Notes: generated from the sequence alone by a model not told the origin. A DNA stretch of 64,000 nucleotides from an uncultured Actinomycetes bacterium (GCA_963703275.1 OY969804.1:3692392-3756391), one strand, 5' to 3'; counted from the first letter of the stretch, positions 18,096-28,043 are shown. Made by a program: numbers and translations.

Positions 18096-20777
18096 TTATT
18101 CGGTCAGGCTGGACGCCGGCCCAAGCGTCTCGCGTGCCCGCTCCAGCGCGGCGTCGAGGTCGAGGGCCGCGCCTTCGGCGGTCAGCGCCGACCATCGCCA
18201 CTCGCCCAGTGATGCACGGGCTTCATCAAGGTGATGCTGGGCCGGACCGAGCCGGTGCACGTCTGGCGTGCGGCACCAGTCGCGGATGTGCGGCGCGACA
18301 GCTCCGGCCAGGAGCGCGGCCTCGTCCGAAGCGCCGCCGAGCGCGAGCGCGCCGGCGACGGTGTGGGCGGTGACCTGGCGGGGGCAGTCAAGCGGATCGC
18401 CGGTCCGGTGCCAGAGCTCGAGCAGCTCGCTCGCGTCGAGCCGCGCGGCCGCGACGTCGCCGAGCATCAGCGCCGCACAGCACGCCACGAGGTGCCCCGT
18501 CTGTTCGGTGACCGGAAGCTGATCGGCCTCTGCGCGGGCGATCGCGTCCCGTCCATATGCGAGCGCGCGCTCGCCGTCGCCGAAGTTGATGGCCAGTCCC
18601 GCCAGGTCGCACAACTCGGCGCCGTCAATCGGGCCTGCGTTTGGCCCTCCACGCAGCTGGCGCTCGAAGAGATCGAGGTCCTCCGGGTCGGCCTCACTCG
18701 CAAGTGCCGCGATCGTGGCCTTCAGGAGCACCCACCAGCGGGCGGGCGCGTGCCCTGCCCGCTCCCCCTCGTCGATCGCGTTCCGGGCCGTCACGAGATC
18801 GCCGTGACGGCATGCGGTGAGGCAGAGGTCACGAAGGGCGATCCACAGGTAGGGGGTCCACCCGCTCGTTCGGGCGAGGTCGCGCGCACGCACCGCGAGC
18901 TCCAGAGAGCCGGGATACGGCTCATGCTCGCTTTCGAGGATCGCGCGCATGGTCTGCCCGGTGATCGTTTCGGGCCGTGATCCGGCCGTGTCGCGAAGGT
19001 AGCGCTGGGTGGGCGCGTCGCCCTCGAGCCTCCAGCTGAGGTGGGCGGTGTGGAACGCGATCCGCACGCCCATGTCCGGGAGCCGGTGACGGTTCGCGTA
19101 CGTGAGCGAGCGCCACACGTTGGGCATGTCCGATCCCAGCGCTCCGACCCCGGTGACGTCGTACCCGGTCTCGGACTGGAACCGGTCGACGAACTCCGCG
19201 TACCACTGCACCAGCCTCCGCTCCGCGGCCGCCGTCGCCCCGCGGGCCGCAAGCATCTCGGCGGCATACTGGCGGATGGGCTCGAGCACGCCGTATCGCG
19301 CCTCCTCCTCGTCGACGCTCGTGAGCCGCACCAGGCTCGCGTCGATCAGGCTCGTCAATCCGTCGAGCGCCTCGAACTCGTCTGCCTCGTTGACATACGC
19401 GATCGTCTCGAGTTGCGCCGGCCCCGCAAACACCGACAGCGTTTCGAACAGGTGCCGCTCGCGCGGAGCGAGCAGGTCGTAGCTCCAGCCGATCGCGCTT
19501 CTGATCGTCTGCTGGCGCGGGTCGCCGCGGCGGCGGGTGTCGGTCAGCAGGTCGAGCTGGCGGTCGAGGCGGTCGGCGACGCCGCGGGGAGTGAGCGAGC
19601 ACAGTCGGGCGGCGGCGAGCTCGATCGCCAGCGGCAGCCCGTCGAGGCGCTCTGCGATGTGGACGAGCGTCGCGGAGGGCCCCTTCGCGCCGCGGATCGC
19701 CGCGCCGCGTTCGCGCGCTCGATCGACGAGGAGCGTGACCGCGTCGTCGATGGGAAGGGGGGCAACGGTGTACACGTGCTCGCCGGGGGCGCCCAGCGGA
19801 GCGCGGCTCGTGACCAGGATCGTGAGGCGGCCGCACGCACCCAGGAGGCGCTCGACGACGGCCGCGATTTCGGGTATGTGCTCGGCGTTGTCCAGGATCA
19901 GGAGACCCTCGTGCTGGCCGAAGTACCGGGCGACGAGCTCCCAGGTGGTGGGCCCGTTCTCGCCCAACCGCCGCCCGACCTCGGCAGCGACCGCCTCGGC
20001 ACTCGCGAGCGGGGCCATCGGCACGAACACGACCGACCCCCGGATGAGCGGCGCGACGTTCCATCCGATCCGGCGTGCGAGCCGGGTCTTGCCCGACCCG
20101 CCGGCGCCTGTGAGCGTCAGCAGCCTGTGCTCGTCGAGCAGCCGGCGGATTGCCGCCAGATCGCTCTCGCGGCCGACCAGGGTGGAGAGCTCCCGAGGCA
20201 GTGCGACGGTGCGGGCGTCCTCGGCGCGCGGGGCGGTCGGGACGTCGGGGATGCCGTCGATGAGCACCCGGTAGAGCTCCTGCGGCTGTGGGAAGTCCTT
20301 GAGCAGATGCCGGCCGAGATCCGCGGTGCTCAGCCCCGCCGGGAGCTCGCCGGCGGCCGCCACCGCCTCGGCCGAGGCCAGCACCTGGCCGCCGCTGGCC
20401 GCCGAGCAAATGCGCGCCACCCGGTGCAGCTCGAGGCCGACGTATTCGCCGCCCACGATCTGGACGTCGCCGACCGAGACTCCCATCCGCACGCGCAGCG
20501 GCTCGGACGCCAGCTTGCGCTGCGTCTCCGCCGCGGCGCAGATCGCGTCTCGCGCGGTCTCGAAGGCGTAAAAGAGCGCGTCTCCGGCCGACCCGAACTC
20601 GACGCCGGCCGGACAGGCGTCGGCCATCAGGCGCCGGTGCCGGGTCAGCGCCGCGGCGTAGTCATCCGGCCGGTCGCGCAGGAGCTGCGTCGACGCCTCC
20701 ACGTCCGTGAAGACAAACGCCACCGTCCCGGCTGGCATGCGGGTCTGCCGCGGCGTGCGTCGCGCGAGTTCCCCCAT
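18096..20777 (-). CDS. class III nucleotidyl-cyclase-like domain + P-loop NTPase + TPR/helical-repeat protein (no HTH seen)
   Basis: Cyclase motifs FVFTDVEASTQL, GDALFYAF, VRMGVSVGDV. Walker A GAGGSGKTRLA, Walker B LLILDNAEH. Long helical C-terminus. Confidence 0.85.
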   Translation of the reverse strand: MGELARRTPRQTRMPAGTVAFVFTDVEASTQLLRDRPDDYAAALTRHRRLMADACPAGVEFGSAGDALFYAFETARDAICAAAETQRKLASEPLRVRMGVSVGDVQIVGGEYVGLELHRVARICSAASGGQVLASAEAVAAAGELPAGLSTADLGRHLLKDFPQPQELYRVLIDGIPDVPTAPRAEDARTVALPRELSTLVGRESDLAAIRRLLDEHRLLTLTGAGGSGKTRLARRIGWNVAPLIRGSVVFVPMAPLASAEAVAAEVGRRLGENGPTTWELVARYFGQHEGLLILDNAEHIPEIAAVVERLLGACGRLTILVTSRAPLGAPGEHVYTVAPLPIDDAVTLLVDRARERGAAIRGAKGPSATLVHIAERLDGLPLAIELAAARLCSLTPRGVADRLDRQLDLLTDTRRRGDPRQQTIRSAIGWSYDLLAPRERHLFETLSVFAGPAQLETIAYVNEADEFEALDGLTSLIDASLVRLTSVDEEEARYGVLEPIRQYAAEMLAARGATAAAERRLVQWYAEFVDRFQSETGYDVTGVGALGSDMPNVWRSLTYANRHRLPDMGVRIAFHTAHLSWRLEGDAPTQRYLRDTAGSRPETITGQTMRAILESEHEPYPGSLELAVRARDLARTSGWTPYLWIALRDLCLTACRHGDLVTARNAIDEGERAGHAPARWWVLLKATIAALASEADPEDLDLFERQLRGGPNAGPIDGAELCDLAGLAINFGDGERALAYGRDAIARAEADQLPVTEQTGHLVACCAALMLGDVAAARLDASELLELWHRTGDPLDCPRQVTAHTVAGALALGGASDEAALLAGAVAPHIRDWCRTPDVHRLGPAQHHLDEARASLGEWRWSALTAEGAALDLDAALERARETLGPASSLTE

Positions 20778-20862
20778 GCGAGGGTTGTAGCACTTGATGC
20801 GAGCGCCGTCATGTGACAGTTTGGCGTACGCATGTGACGGTTGGCACCAAAGGAGGGGAGAA

Positions 20863-21237
20863 ATGAGCGAGCGAGACCTGTGGCAATACAAGACGCCCGA
20901 CCTCTACTGGAAGCGGCTGGGAGCGGGCAACGGGTATGCCGAGCAACTGGTGGACACCTATCTCGTCGCCGTCAAATCCGATGCGAAGTTTGATGGCATC
21001 GCCTACTACGACCAGCCCAGGGAGGTTCTGTGCTCCCAGATCGACGGGTTCGACAAGTACGCGGGCTGGCCGGTCAGCGGCCACCGGCCCGCCGTCCACT
21101 GGACGCCGTGGAGGCCGGTCTGGGCGATGATCGTCGTCAGCATCTTCCAGCAGCTGGGCGTGATCGTGATCGTTGAGATCAAGCTGTGCGGTGACGAGAG
21201 CACGGCGTTCGACGAGGCGCTTGCCGCCACGGGCTAG
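20863..21237 (+). CDS. hypothetical small protein with C-terminal hydrophobic segment
   Basis: Strong SD AAAGGAGGGGAG before the ATG. Visibly less GC-rich than neighbours. Hydrophobic stretch VWAMIVVSIFQQLGVIVIVEI. Confidence 0.55.
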   Translation: MSERDLWQYKTPDLYWKRLGAGNGYAEQLVDTYLVAVKSDAKFDGIAYYDQPREVLCSQIDGFDKYAGWPVSGHRPAVHWTPWRPVWAMIVVSIFQQLGVIVIVEIKLCGDESTAFDEALAATG

Positions 21238-21247
21238 TGCTGACGAT

Positions 21248-21613
21248 CTACCGAACGCGTTCTGCGAGCCAGTCGGAGACCGACGTGGGCACGTCGTTTC
21301 CGAACTGCATCCGCACCGCCTGCTCGATGAGGCCGTTGGCCTCACGCGGCGGGTGGTGCGGCTGGGAGGCGCGATAGAGGACGATCGCAGCAGCCACGGC
21401 CAGGGCCGGACTGGTGCCGTCGGGGTCGAGTTCGTCGAGCGCCCCCGCGAGCCGCCGCTCGAGGTTGGGGACGGAGTTCACCGGGTCGTCGTCGTCCTCG
21501 AACCACTGCTCGAAATCGCCCAGAAGCCCGTCGGTGTCGGTGGGATCGACGGCGCCCACAGCTTCGCGAACGGCCTGCGAGAGGGTGAGTATGGGGTGTT
21601 TCCTGTTGGCCAC
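21248..21613 (-). CDS. hypothetical acidic protein
   Basis: 121-aa ORF 26 nt downstream of the GGDEF-EAL gene on the same strand. Confidence 0.55.
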   Translation of the reverse strand: MANRKHPILTLSQAVREAVGAVDPTDTDGLLGDFEQWFEDDDDPVNSVPNLERRLAGALDELDPDGTSPALAVAAAIVLYRASQPHHPPREANGLIEQAVRMQFGNDVPTSVSDWLAERVR

Positions 21614-21639
21614 GCGGGCATCCTATCCAAGCGCCCGGT

Positions 21640-24159
21640 TTACGCCGCGCGGCGCTCGCTTGCGATGAGTGCGTTGAACGCGGAGGCTGGGATTGGGCGG
21701 CTGTAGAGGTAGCCCTGGCCAAGCGGGCAGCCACGGTCGAGAAGGAACCGCAGCTGGGCCTCGGTCTCGATACCTTCGGCGAGGCATGTGATCCCGAGTT
21801 TCTGCGCCATGGTGACCATCGTCTCTACGAGGATGCCGGCGTCGTGGTCGGTGGCGAGGTCCCTCACGAATGACCGGTCGATCTTGATCATGCTGGGACG
21901 CAGGCGCCGCAATCGCTCGAGGGATGAGTAGCCGGTGCCGAAGTCGTCGATCGCAAGCCGCAGGCCCCCAGTGTGGATTTCCGCGAGCATGGGCTTGAGT
22001 TCTGTGCCGGTGTTCATCGCGGCTTCTTCCGTGACTTCGATCATGATCCGCTCGGCGCCGAGGCCGAACGATTCGATCATGGCGATCATGCGCCGGATGG
22101 CGGTCGGCTGCCAGTAGGCGGGCGGGATGTTGATCGACGCGTAGATGTCGAGGTCCTGGTCGCACCAGCGCTGCACCTGGACGCACGCCTGCTCCAGCAC
22201 CCACGCCGTGATGGGGCGGATGAGGCCGGTGCGTTCGGCGGCCGGCAGGAAGTCGCCCGGAAGCAGCAGCCCCCTCTCGGGGTGGTTCCAGCGAATCAGG
22301 GCCTCGGCGCCGACGATGGATGACGTGCTCAGGTCGACGATCGGCTGGTAGTACAGCTCGAGCTCGTCGCGCCGCTCGGCCTGCCGGAGTTGGGATGCGA
22401 TCGCAAGTTCGCCGCTCAGATCGCGCTTCGGCGGCTGGTAGAGGCGGTATCCGTCACGGCCGCCGTCCTTGGCGGTGTACATGGCGATGTCGGCGTGCTT
22501 GAGCAGGGTTTCGGCGCTGTCGCCGTCGGCCGGAAAGAGGCTCGCGCCGATGCTCGGAGTGACGTAGACGTTGGTGTTGGCGATCGCAAACGGCGCCTGG
22601 AGGGAGTCGACCAGTTGTGCGGCGACCCGTCCCGCGGTCGTTGTCGCGCCGGTGGAACCCTCACCCGCATCGAGGTCGGAGAGCAGAATCAGAAACTCAT
22701 CCCCGCCCTGGCGCGCAACCACGTCGCTCGGTCTCACCGCCGCGCTCAGCCGCACCGCGACCGATTGCAGGAGCTCGTCGCCGGCGCCGTGACCAAAACC
22801 GTCATTGACGAGCTTGAAGTCGTCGAGGTCGAGGAACAGGACGGCGACGCCGCGGCCGCTTCGCGTCGCGTGCGCGACGGCCACCTCCAGATGCTCGCGA
22901 AACATGGCCCGGTTGGGAAGGCCGGTGAGAGGGTCATGGTAGGCCAGGTGTGCGAGCCGCTCCTCGGCGTGTTTGCGGGGCGTGATGTCGAGCAGGTACC
23001 CCTGCCGGTAGAGCGGCACGCCCTCCGCGCTCGGGACGACCACCGACTCGTCGCGCACCCAGCGCTCGCTGCCGTCGGGTCGCACAATCCGGTACTCACA
23101 GCAGAAGTCGCTGTTGCGCTCATGCGCCGCGCCGAGTGCGGCCATCACCCGGTCGCGATCGTCGGGATGGACGGCCTTTTCGAACAGGTCAGGATCGGCC
23201 ACCCATTGCTCATGGGTGTAGCCCGTGATGTCGGCATTCTGGGGACTGTTGTAGATCGACGTGGCCTTCGCATCGAGGGCATCCACGTAGATGGCCAGCG
23301 GCAGCCGCTCGACCAGGTTGCGGTATCGCTCCTCGGCTTCGCGGAGGTGGACCTGTGAATCCCGAAGCGCCTGCTCGGCAAGTTTGTGCTTGGTGATCTC
23401 GAAGATCATTCCGTGTACGGCCGTCGGCTCGCCGTTCTCGTTGCGGAACGTCTCGGCCAGATCCGACACCCACCGCACCTCGCCTGCGGCGTCGATCAGG
23501 CGGTACTCCGCCTCGAACGACCCGCCGGCGGCGACGGCGGCTGCGTAGGCGGCCAATGTCGCTTCGCGATCGTCCGGGTGCACCTGCCGAGCCCAGCCCC
23601 CCGTGCCGTCCAGCCAGTCGCACACCGGCACGCCAAACAGTCGCTCGAGCTGGGGACTGATGTAGATGGGCGTGCCGGTCACCGGCTCGGACACATACGC
23701 GACGGCGGGGAACTGCTCGATCAGCGACGTGAGGACCGCCGCCGACCGTCGCACCGCGGCGTCGTCGAGGGCGTCTGCGAGCACCGGCGCCAGGACATCG
23801 CAGACGCGCGCCCAGTCATCGGCGCTGAGCGCATCGTGGGGCGGCGCCGCTTCGGCGGCCATCGTCAGCGCCCCCACGGGGCGGTCGAACGCGTGCAGCC
23901 CCATCGTGACGGTGCCGCCGGCGGTCATCGAGCCGCCGGCCGAGAGCAGCCGGGTAACCGCGTCGTCCGGGACCCACTCCCGGCCGCCGTCGGTCTTCAG
24001 AGCGCCGCGCTCCGGATCCCACAGCCACACCACGCCGCCACGGCGGCCGAACTCGGGAATGCGGTCGCGAAACTCCGCGATCACCCGATCGGGACTGCGC
24101 GATTCCTGGAGGGCAAGCGACAACCCGAGGAGCCACCGGTCCCGATCGAAAGTAGTCAT
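21640..24159 (-). CDS. PAS-PAS-GGDEF-EAL c-di-GMP signalling protein
   Basis: GGDEF motif RQGGDEFLILL and EAL motif GAEALIRW are both intact. PAS repeats lie N-terminal. Confidence 0.9.
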   Translation of the reverse strand: MTTFDRDRWLLGLSLALQESRSPDRVIAEFRDRIPEFGRRGGVVWLWDPERGALKTDGGREWVPDDAVTRLLSAGGSMTAGGTVTMGLHAFDRPVGALTMAAEAAPPHDALSADDWARVCDVLAPVLADALDDAAVRRSAAVLTSLIEQFPAVAYVSEPVTGTPIYISPQLERLFGVPVCDWLDGTGGWARQVHPDDREATLAAYAAAVAAGGSFEAEYRLIDAAGEVRWVSDLAETFRNENGEPTAVHGMIFEITKHKLAEQALRDSQVHLREAEERYRNLVERLPLAIYVDALDAKATSIYNSPQNADITGYTHEQWVADPDLFEKAVHPDDRDRVMAALGAAHERNSDFCCEYRIVRPDGSERWVRDESVVVPSAEGVPLYRQGYLLDITPRKHAEERLAHLAYHDPLTGLPNRAMFREHLEVAVAHATRSGRGVAVLFLDLDDFKLVNDGFGHGAGDELLQSVAVRLSAAVRPSDVVARQGGDEFLILLSDLDAGEGSTGATTTAGRVAAQLVDSLQAPFAIANTNVYVTPSIGASLFPADGDSAETLLKHADIAMYTAKDGGRDGYRLYQPPKRDLSGELAIASQLRQAERRDELELYYQPIVDLSTSSIVGAEALIRWNHPERGLLLPGDFLPAAERTGLIRPITAWVLEQACVQVQRWCDQDLDIYASINIPPAYWQPTAIRRMIAMIESFGLGAERIMIEVTEEAAMNTGTELKPMLAEIHTGGLRLAIDDFGTGYSSLERLRRLRPSMIKIDRSFVRDLATDHDAGILVETMVTMAQKLGITCLAEGIETEAQLRFLLDRGCPLGQGYLYSRPIPASAFNALIASERRAA

Positions 24160-24408
24160 CTCCCAGTAGTCGGACGACCCGGCGAGGCTTTGAGCGGCTC
24201 GTCACGAAGCCTTTCCGAGGCCTCGGGTGCCTTCGCGTCGCGTATCCCGTGGATATGGTGACATATCGCGCCTAGCTCACCCAGAGCCTCGATCCGCAGG
24301 GCGGTTGCGCGCAAACGGTCGGCCAAGCGTCAACTGGCCGGCCTGGCGATCCTTGCGGCAGTCGGCATTGGCCTGGCGACGTGGACGTCACTCACCCTCT
24401 TCGGGTGG

Positions 24409-24936
24409 TTGGTGATCGGATTCGCGCTGGCAATCGCGGTGATCCAGTTGGTCGTGATCGCCTGGGCACGCCAGGTGATCCGTCTCGCAGCGGATGAGCT
24501 CATCGATACGGGCACCACGGCCGGCGCCGACACTGAAGCGGCCGCCCAACTCGACGCCCGCATGCAGGAGCTGCGCGGCGAGCGGGAACGCCGGCGGACG
24601 GCCCGCACCCTCCGCGACGCGATCATCGACGCTCGCCGACCTCGATCCAGCAACCCGCTTGTGCTTGCCGGCCGGACGACAACGCTCACAAAGGGCGCCG
24701 CGCAGGCGCTTATCGTGGACCACGCGCTTGCGACACGCATCGCGACAGCCCTCCCCGAGTCAGACGCCGACCCGCGGGCGATCCTCGCCGTGCGCAAGGT
24801 GCTCTTTCCCCAACCTGGCGCCACCGTCTCTGTGGACGAACAGGAACGGGCTGCGCGTCAGGAACTCATCCGTGCAGCTCGCCTACTCGGCATCGACTCT
24901 CAGACTGCCGATGCCAAGCGAGCCGGCGGTGCCTGA
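24409..24936 (+). CDS. hypothetical protein (N-terminal TM; may start upstream)
   Basis: The frame stays open and hydrophobic from ~24334. Its 3' end overlaps the dyp 3' end. Moderate GC3. Confidence 0.45.
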   Translation: MVIGFALAIAVIQLVVIAWARQVIRLAADELIDTGTTAGADTEAAAQLDARMQELRGERERRRTARTLRDAIIDARRPRSSNPLVLAGRTTTLTKGAAQALIVDHALATRIATALPESDADPRAILAVRKVLFPQPGATVSVDEQERAARQELIRAARLLGIDSQTADAKRAGGA

Positions 24937-25926
24937 GGCATCGGTCTCGTCGATGGTGGGCGTCGCGGCCGCATCGGAGGTCGACGGCGTCGGCGGGTCG
25001 TCGAGGAACTGGGCGGAGGGTGCGAAGAACAGGTTGCCGGTGACCGCCGTTGAGAAGTCGAGGATCCGGTCGTAGTTGCCGGGCGGGTTGCCGACGAACA
25101 TGTTGCTCAGCATCTGCTCGATGACGTCCGGCCGCCGCGCGTAGCCGATGAAGTACGTGCCGAACTCGCCCACGCCGACCCGCCCGAACGGCATGTTGAA
25201 CCGTGCGATCTGGCGCTCGGTGCCGTCGCTGTCGACGATGGTGTTCAGTGCGACGTGCGAGTTGGAGGGTTTGACGTCGTCCGCCAGCTCGAGATCGCTC
25301 AGCTTCGTGCGGCCGATCATGCGTTCCTGCTCCTCCACGGCCAGCGCGTCCCAGCCGGCCAGGTCGTGAAGGTATTTCTGCACGACCACGTACGTGCCGC
25401 CCGCGAACTCGGGGTCTTCGGCGCCGATCACAACCGCGGACTCGGCCTCGGCTCCCTCGGGATTCTCGGTGCCGTCGACGAACCCCAGCAGGTCGCGCTC
25501 GTCGAACGACCTGAATCCGTGCACCTCGTCCACCACCGCCGCGCACCCGTTCGTTCGCGCCGTCAGCCGCTGCGCCAGCTCGAAGCACAGGTCGGCGCGG
25601 TGCGCGCGGATGTGGAACAGCAGATCACCGGGCGTCGCCACCGCCGTATGCCGGGCGCCCGCCACCGCGACGAACGGGTGCAGCCCCGCCGGGCGCGGGT
25701 CCCCGAACAGCCGGTCCCACAACCCCGATCCGATCCCGACGACGCAGCCGAGCCCGCCCTCGGGGATGCGAAACCCCACGGATCGCCGCAATCCGCCGAC
25801 GTCGGCCAGCAGGGCCCGGATCTCGTCCTCGCCGCCCGGGTGCACCGTCAGCACGAGAAAGATCGCCGCCTCGGTTGGGGGCGTCAGGACGGCCTGAGGT
25901 TCACCGGCACCCATGACGGACCGCAT
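24883..25926 (-). CDS. DyP-type peroxidase with C-terminal encapsulin-type targeting peptide
   Basis: DyP core contains GFVDGTENP. A Pro/Thr/Ser linker follows, then the terminal ...GSLGIGSLRVDAE. Confidence 0.9.
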   Translation of the reverse strand: MRSVMGAGEPQAVLTPPTEAAIFLVLTVHPGGEDEIRALLADVGGLRRSVGFRIPEGGLGCVVGIGSGLWDRLFGDPRPAGLHPFVAVAGARHTAVATPGDLLFHIRAHRADLCFELAQRLTARTNGCAAVVDEVHGFRSFDERDLLGFVDGTENPEGAEAESAVVIGAEDPEFAGGTYVVVQKYLHDLAGWDALAVEEQERMIGRTKLSDLELADDVKPSNSHVALNTIVDSDGTERQIARFNMPFGRVGVGEFGTYFIGYARRPDVIEQMLSNMFVGNPPGNYDRILDFSTAVTGNLFFAPSAQFLDDPPTPSTSDAAATPTIDETDASGTAGSLGIGSLRVDAE

Positions 25927-25974
25927 TCTTCCACGCGGCTCCGCCCCCCGGCTCAGGCGAGCATCGCCGTGCGT

Positions 25975-28038
25975 CTACGGCGCGGCCAGCTGAATGACCT
26001 CGCGCCGGAACGGCGGCAGCGAGTCGTCGCCGGGCGGAGCGTCGAGCTCCTCGGCGTAGCGGCGACCGTCCCAGACCGCGGCGGCGATCGTGCCCGGGCT
26101 CCACGCGTCGCCGACCAGGCGCACCACCGGCCCGTCGCCGGAGGCCTCGGCGAGCGCCCGCAGGCTCTCGCCGAGCTCGTCCTGCGGGAGCCGGCCGGTC
26201 ACGAGCACCACCGCATCGGCCGGGTGCTCGCGCTCGGCATCGGTGAAGACGCACGCGCTGACCGCGCGGCCGCCGTCCGCCCCAACGAGCGCTCGCGAGA
26301 CCAGCACCTCGACGCCGAGCTCCAGCAGGCCACCCTGGATCCGCGTCTGCTCCATCGTGTTGACCGTCCACGCCGAGGCCAGCGGCTCGGGTGTGACGAG
26401 GGTGACGTGCCGCCCCTCCCGTGCGAGCAGGCCGGCGAGCACACCGCCCATGTAGTAGTGGTCGTCGTCGTAGACGACCACGCGCTCGCCGGCGGGCCGG
26501 ACGCCCGCGAGCATGTCGTCGGGCGTCAGCACCTGCAAGCCGTCGCCGACCGCGATCGGCCGGGTGTGCCAGCGGCCGACGCCGTCGCCGCGCCACCGCG
26601 AGCCCGTCGCGACGGCGATGTGGTCAAAGCCGTAGGAGTACGCCTCCTCGGCGGTGAGCGGGCTGCCGAGCCCGATCTCGACATTCGGCAGCCGAGCCAG
26701 CTGGCTGCGGCGGTAGTCGACCACGCGGATCCAGGCGGCGAGGCCCGGCAGGCGTGCCTCGACCGCCACCCGACCGCCCAGGTCGTCACCGGCCTCGGCC
26801 AGCACCACGTCGTAGCCGCGCCGGCCGAGCATCATCGCCGCTTCGAGGCCGGCGGGCCCGCCGCCGACCACGAGGACACGCGCATCGGAGGTCTTCGCCC
26901 GGATCCGCTCCGGGTGCCAGCCCCGCCGCCACTCCTCGCCCATGCTCGGGTTCTGCGTGCACCGGATCGGCGTCACCGTCGAGTCCCCCGTGACGCAGAT
27001 GTTGCACCCGATGCATTCGCGGATGTCCTCCCACCGCCCTTCCTCGATCTTCTTCGGCAGGAAGGGATCGGCGATCGACGGCCGCGCCGCCCCGATGAGG
27101 TCGAGCACTCCGTCGCGCACCATGCGCACCATGGTGTCCGCCGAGGTGAACCGGCCGACGCCGACCACGGGCTTCGAGGTGAGCGCCTTGAGTCCGCGGA
27201 CGTACTCCTCCTGCGACCCCTCGGCGGCGAATCGCGACGTGATCGAGTCGAAGTCCCACTCGCCGACCATGAAGTCCCACACATCGGGCAGCTCGCCGAC
27301 GATGCCGAGCACCGCCTCGATCTCGCCCCGGTCGATCCCGCGCTCGCCGACCTGTTCGTCGACGCATATCCGGCACGCCACCGCCGCGCGCCCATCGACG
27401 AGCTCGACAGTGTCTTCGAGGATCTCGCGCAGGAGCCGCGCCCGGTTCTCGATGCTGCCGCCGTACTCGTCGGTGCGATCGTTGAACCGGCGCGAGAGGA
27501 AGTGCTGCAGCGTCGTCAGGCCGTGGGCGGCGTACACGTAGACGAGGTCGTACCCGGCCCGCAGCGAGCGCTCGACCGCGGCCCGGTGCCAGCGCCGCAG
27601 GTCGGCAATGTCGCTCTTGCTCATCCGCCGCGCCTGCACCGGGTCGGTGGTCTGCACCGGCAGGTGCGCAGGTCCCATCGGCGGTTGGCGGACGTAGAGG
27701 TTGGCGGCGGTCATCCCGCTGTGAACGAGCTCGATCCCGGCCAGCGACCCATGCTCGTGCACCTTCTCGACCAGCCGCGCGTGCATCGGGATGTCGGCGT
27801 CGTCCCAGAGCCGGCCTTCGACGAACCCGGCGACGTCGGTGGAGTGGTGGAGCTCGACCTCCTCGGTGCACACGACCGCCCAGCCGCCCTCGGCCTTCAC
27901 GCCGCGCATCTCGGCGTGGGCGCTCGGATGCTGGTGGCCCATGCCGTTGCAGTGCGGTACCTGGAAGAACCGGTTGCGGGCCGTGACCGGCCCCATCGGC
28001 ACCGGCTCGAACAGCACGTCGTAGCGGGGGTCGCGCAT
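25975..28038 (-). CDS. trimethylamine/dimethylamine dehydrogenase-like flavoprotein (OYE-like FMN + 4Fe-4S + FAD/NAD domains)
   Basis: 688 aa from the internal ATG (MRDPRYDVLFEPV). Cys cluster CIGCNICV...C. Dinucleotide fold VLVVGGGPAGLEAA. Confidence 0.88.
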   Translation of the reverse strand: MRDPRYDVLFEPVPMGPVTARNRFFQVPHCNGMGHQHPSAHAEMRGVKAEGGWAVVCTEEVELHHSTDVAGFVEGRLWDDADIPMHARLVEKVHEHGSLAGIELVHSGMTAANLYVRQPPMGPAHLPVQTTDPVQARRMSKSDIADLRRWHRAAVERSLRAGYDLVYVYAAHGLTTLQHFLSRRFNDRTDEYGGSIENRARLLREILEDTVELVDGRAAVACRICVDEQVGERGIDRGEIEAVLGIVGELPDVWDFMVGEWDFDSITSRFAAEGSQEEYVRGLKALTSKPVVGVGRFTSADTMVRMVRDGVLDLIGAARPSIADPFLPKKIEEGRWEDIRECIGCNICVTGDSTVTPIRCTQNPSMGEEWRRGWHPERIRAKTSDARVLVVGGGPAGLEAAMMLGRRGYDVVLAEAGDDLGGRVAVEARLPGLAAWIRVVDYRRSQLARLPNVEIGLGSPLTAEEAYSYGFDHIAVATGSRWRGDGVGRWHTRPIAVGDGLQVLTPDDMLAGVRPAGERVVVYDDDHYYMGGVLAGLLAREGRHVTLVTPEPLASAWTVNTMEQTRIQGGLLELGVEVLVSRALVGADGGRAVSACVFTDAEREHPADAVVLVTGRLPQDELGESLRALAEASGDGPVVRLVGDAWSPGTIAAAVWDGRRYAEELDAPPGDDSLPPFRREVIQLAAP

Positions 28039-28043
28039 CGGCG

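Noticed and set aside
24160-24936. Encapsulin shell gene next to dyp
   Set aside because: The ORFs on either strand here (24330..24824, 24388..24723, 24409..24936) are too short and show no HK97-fold/encapsulin-like sequence.
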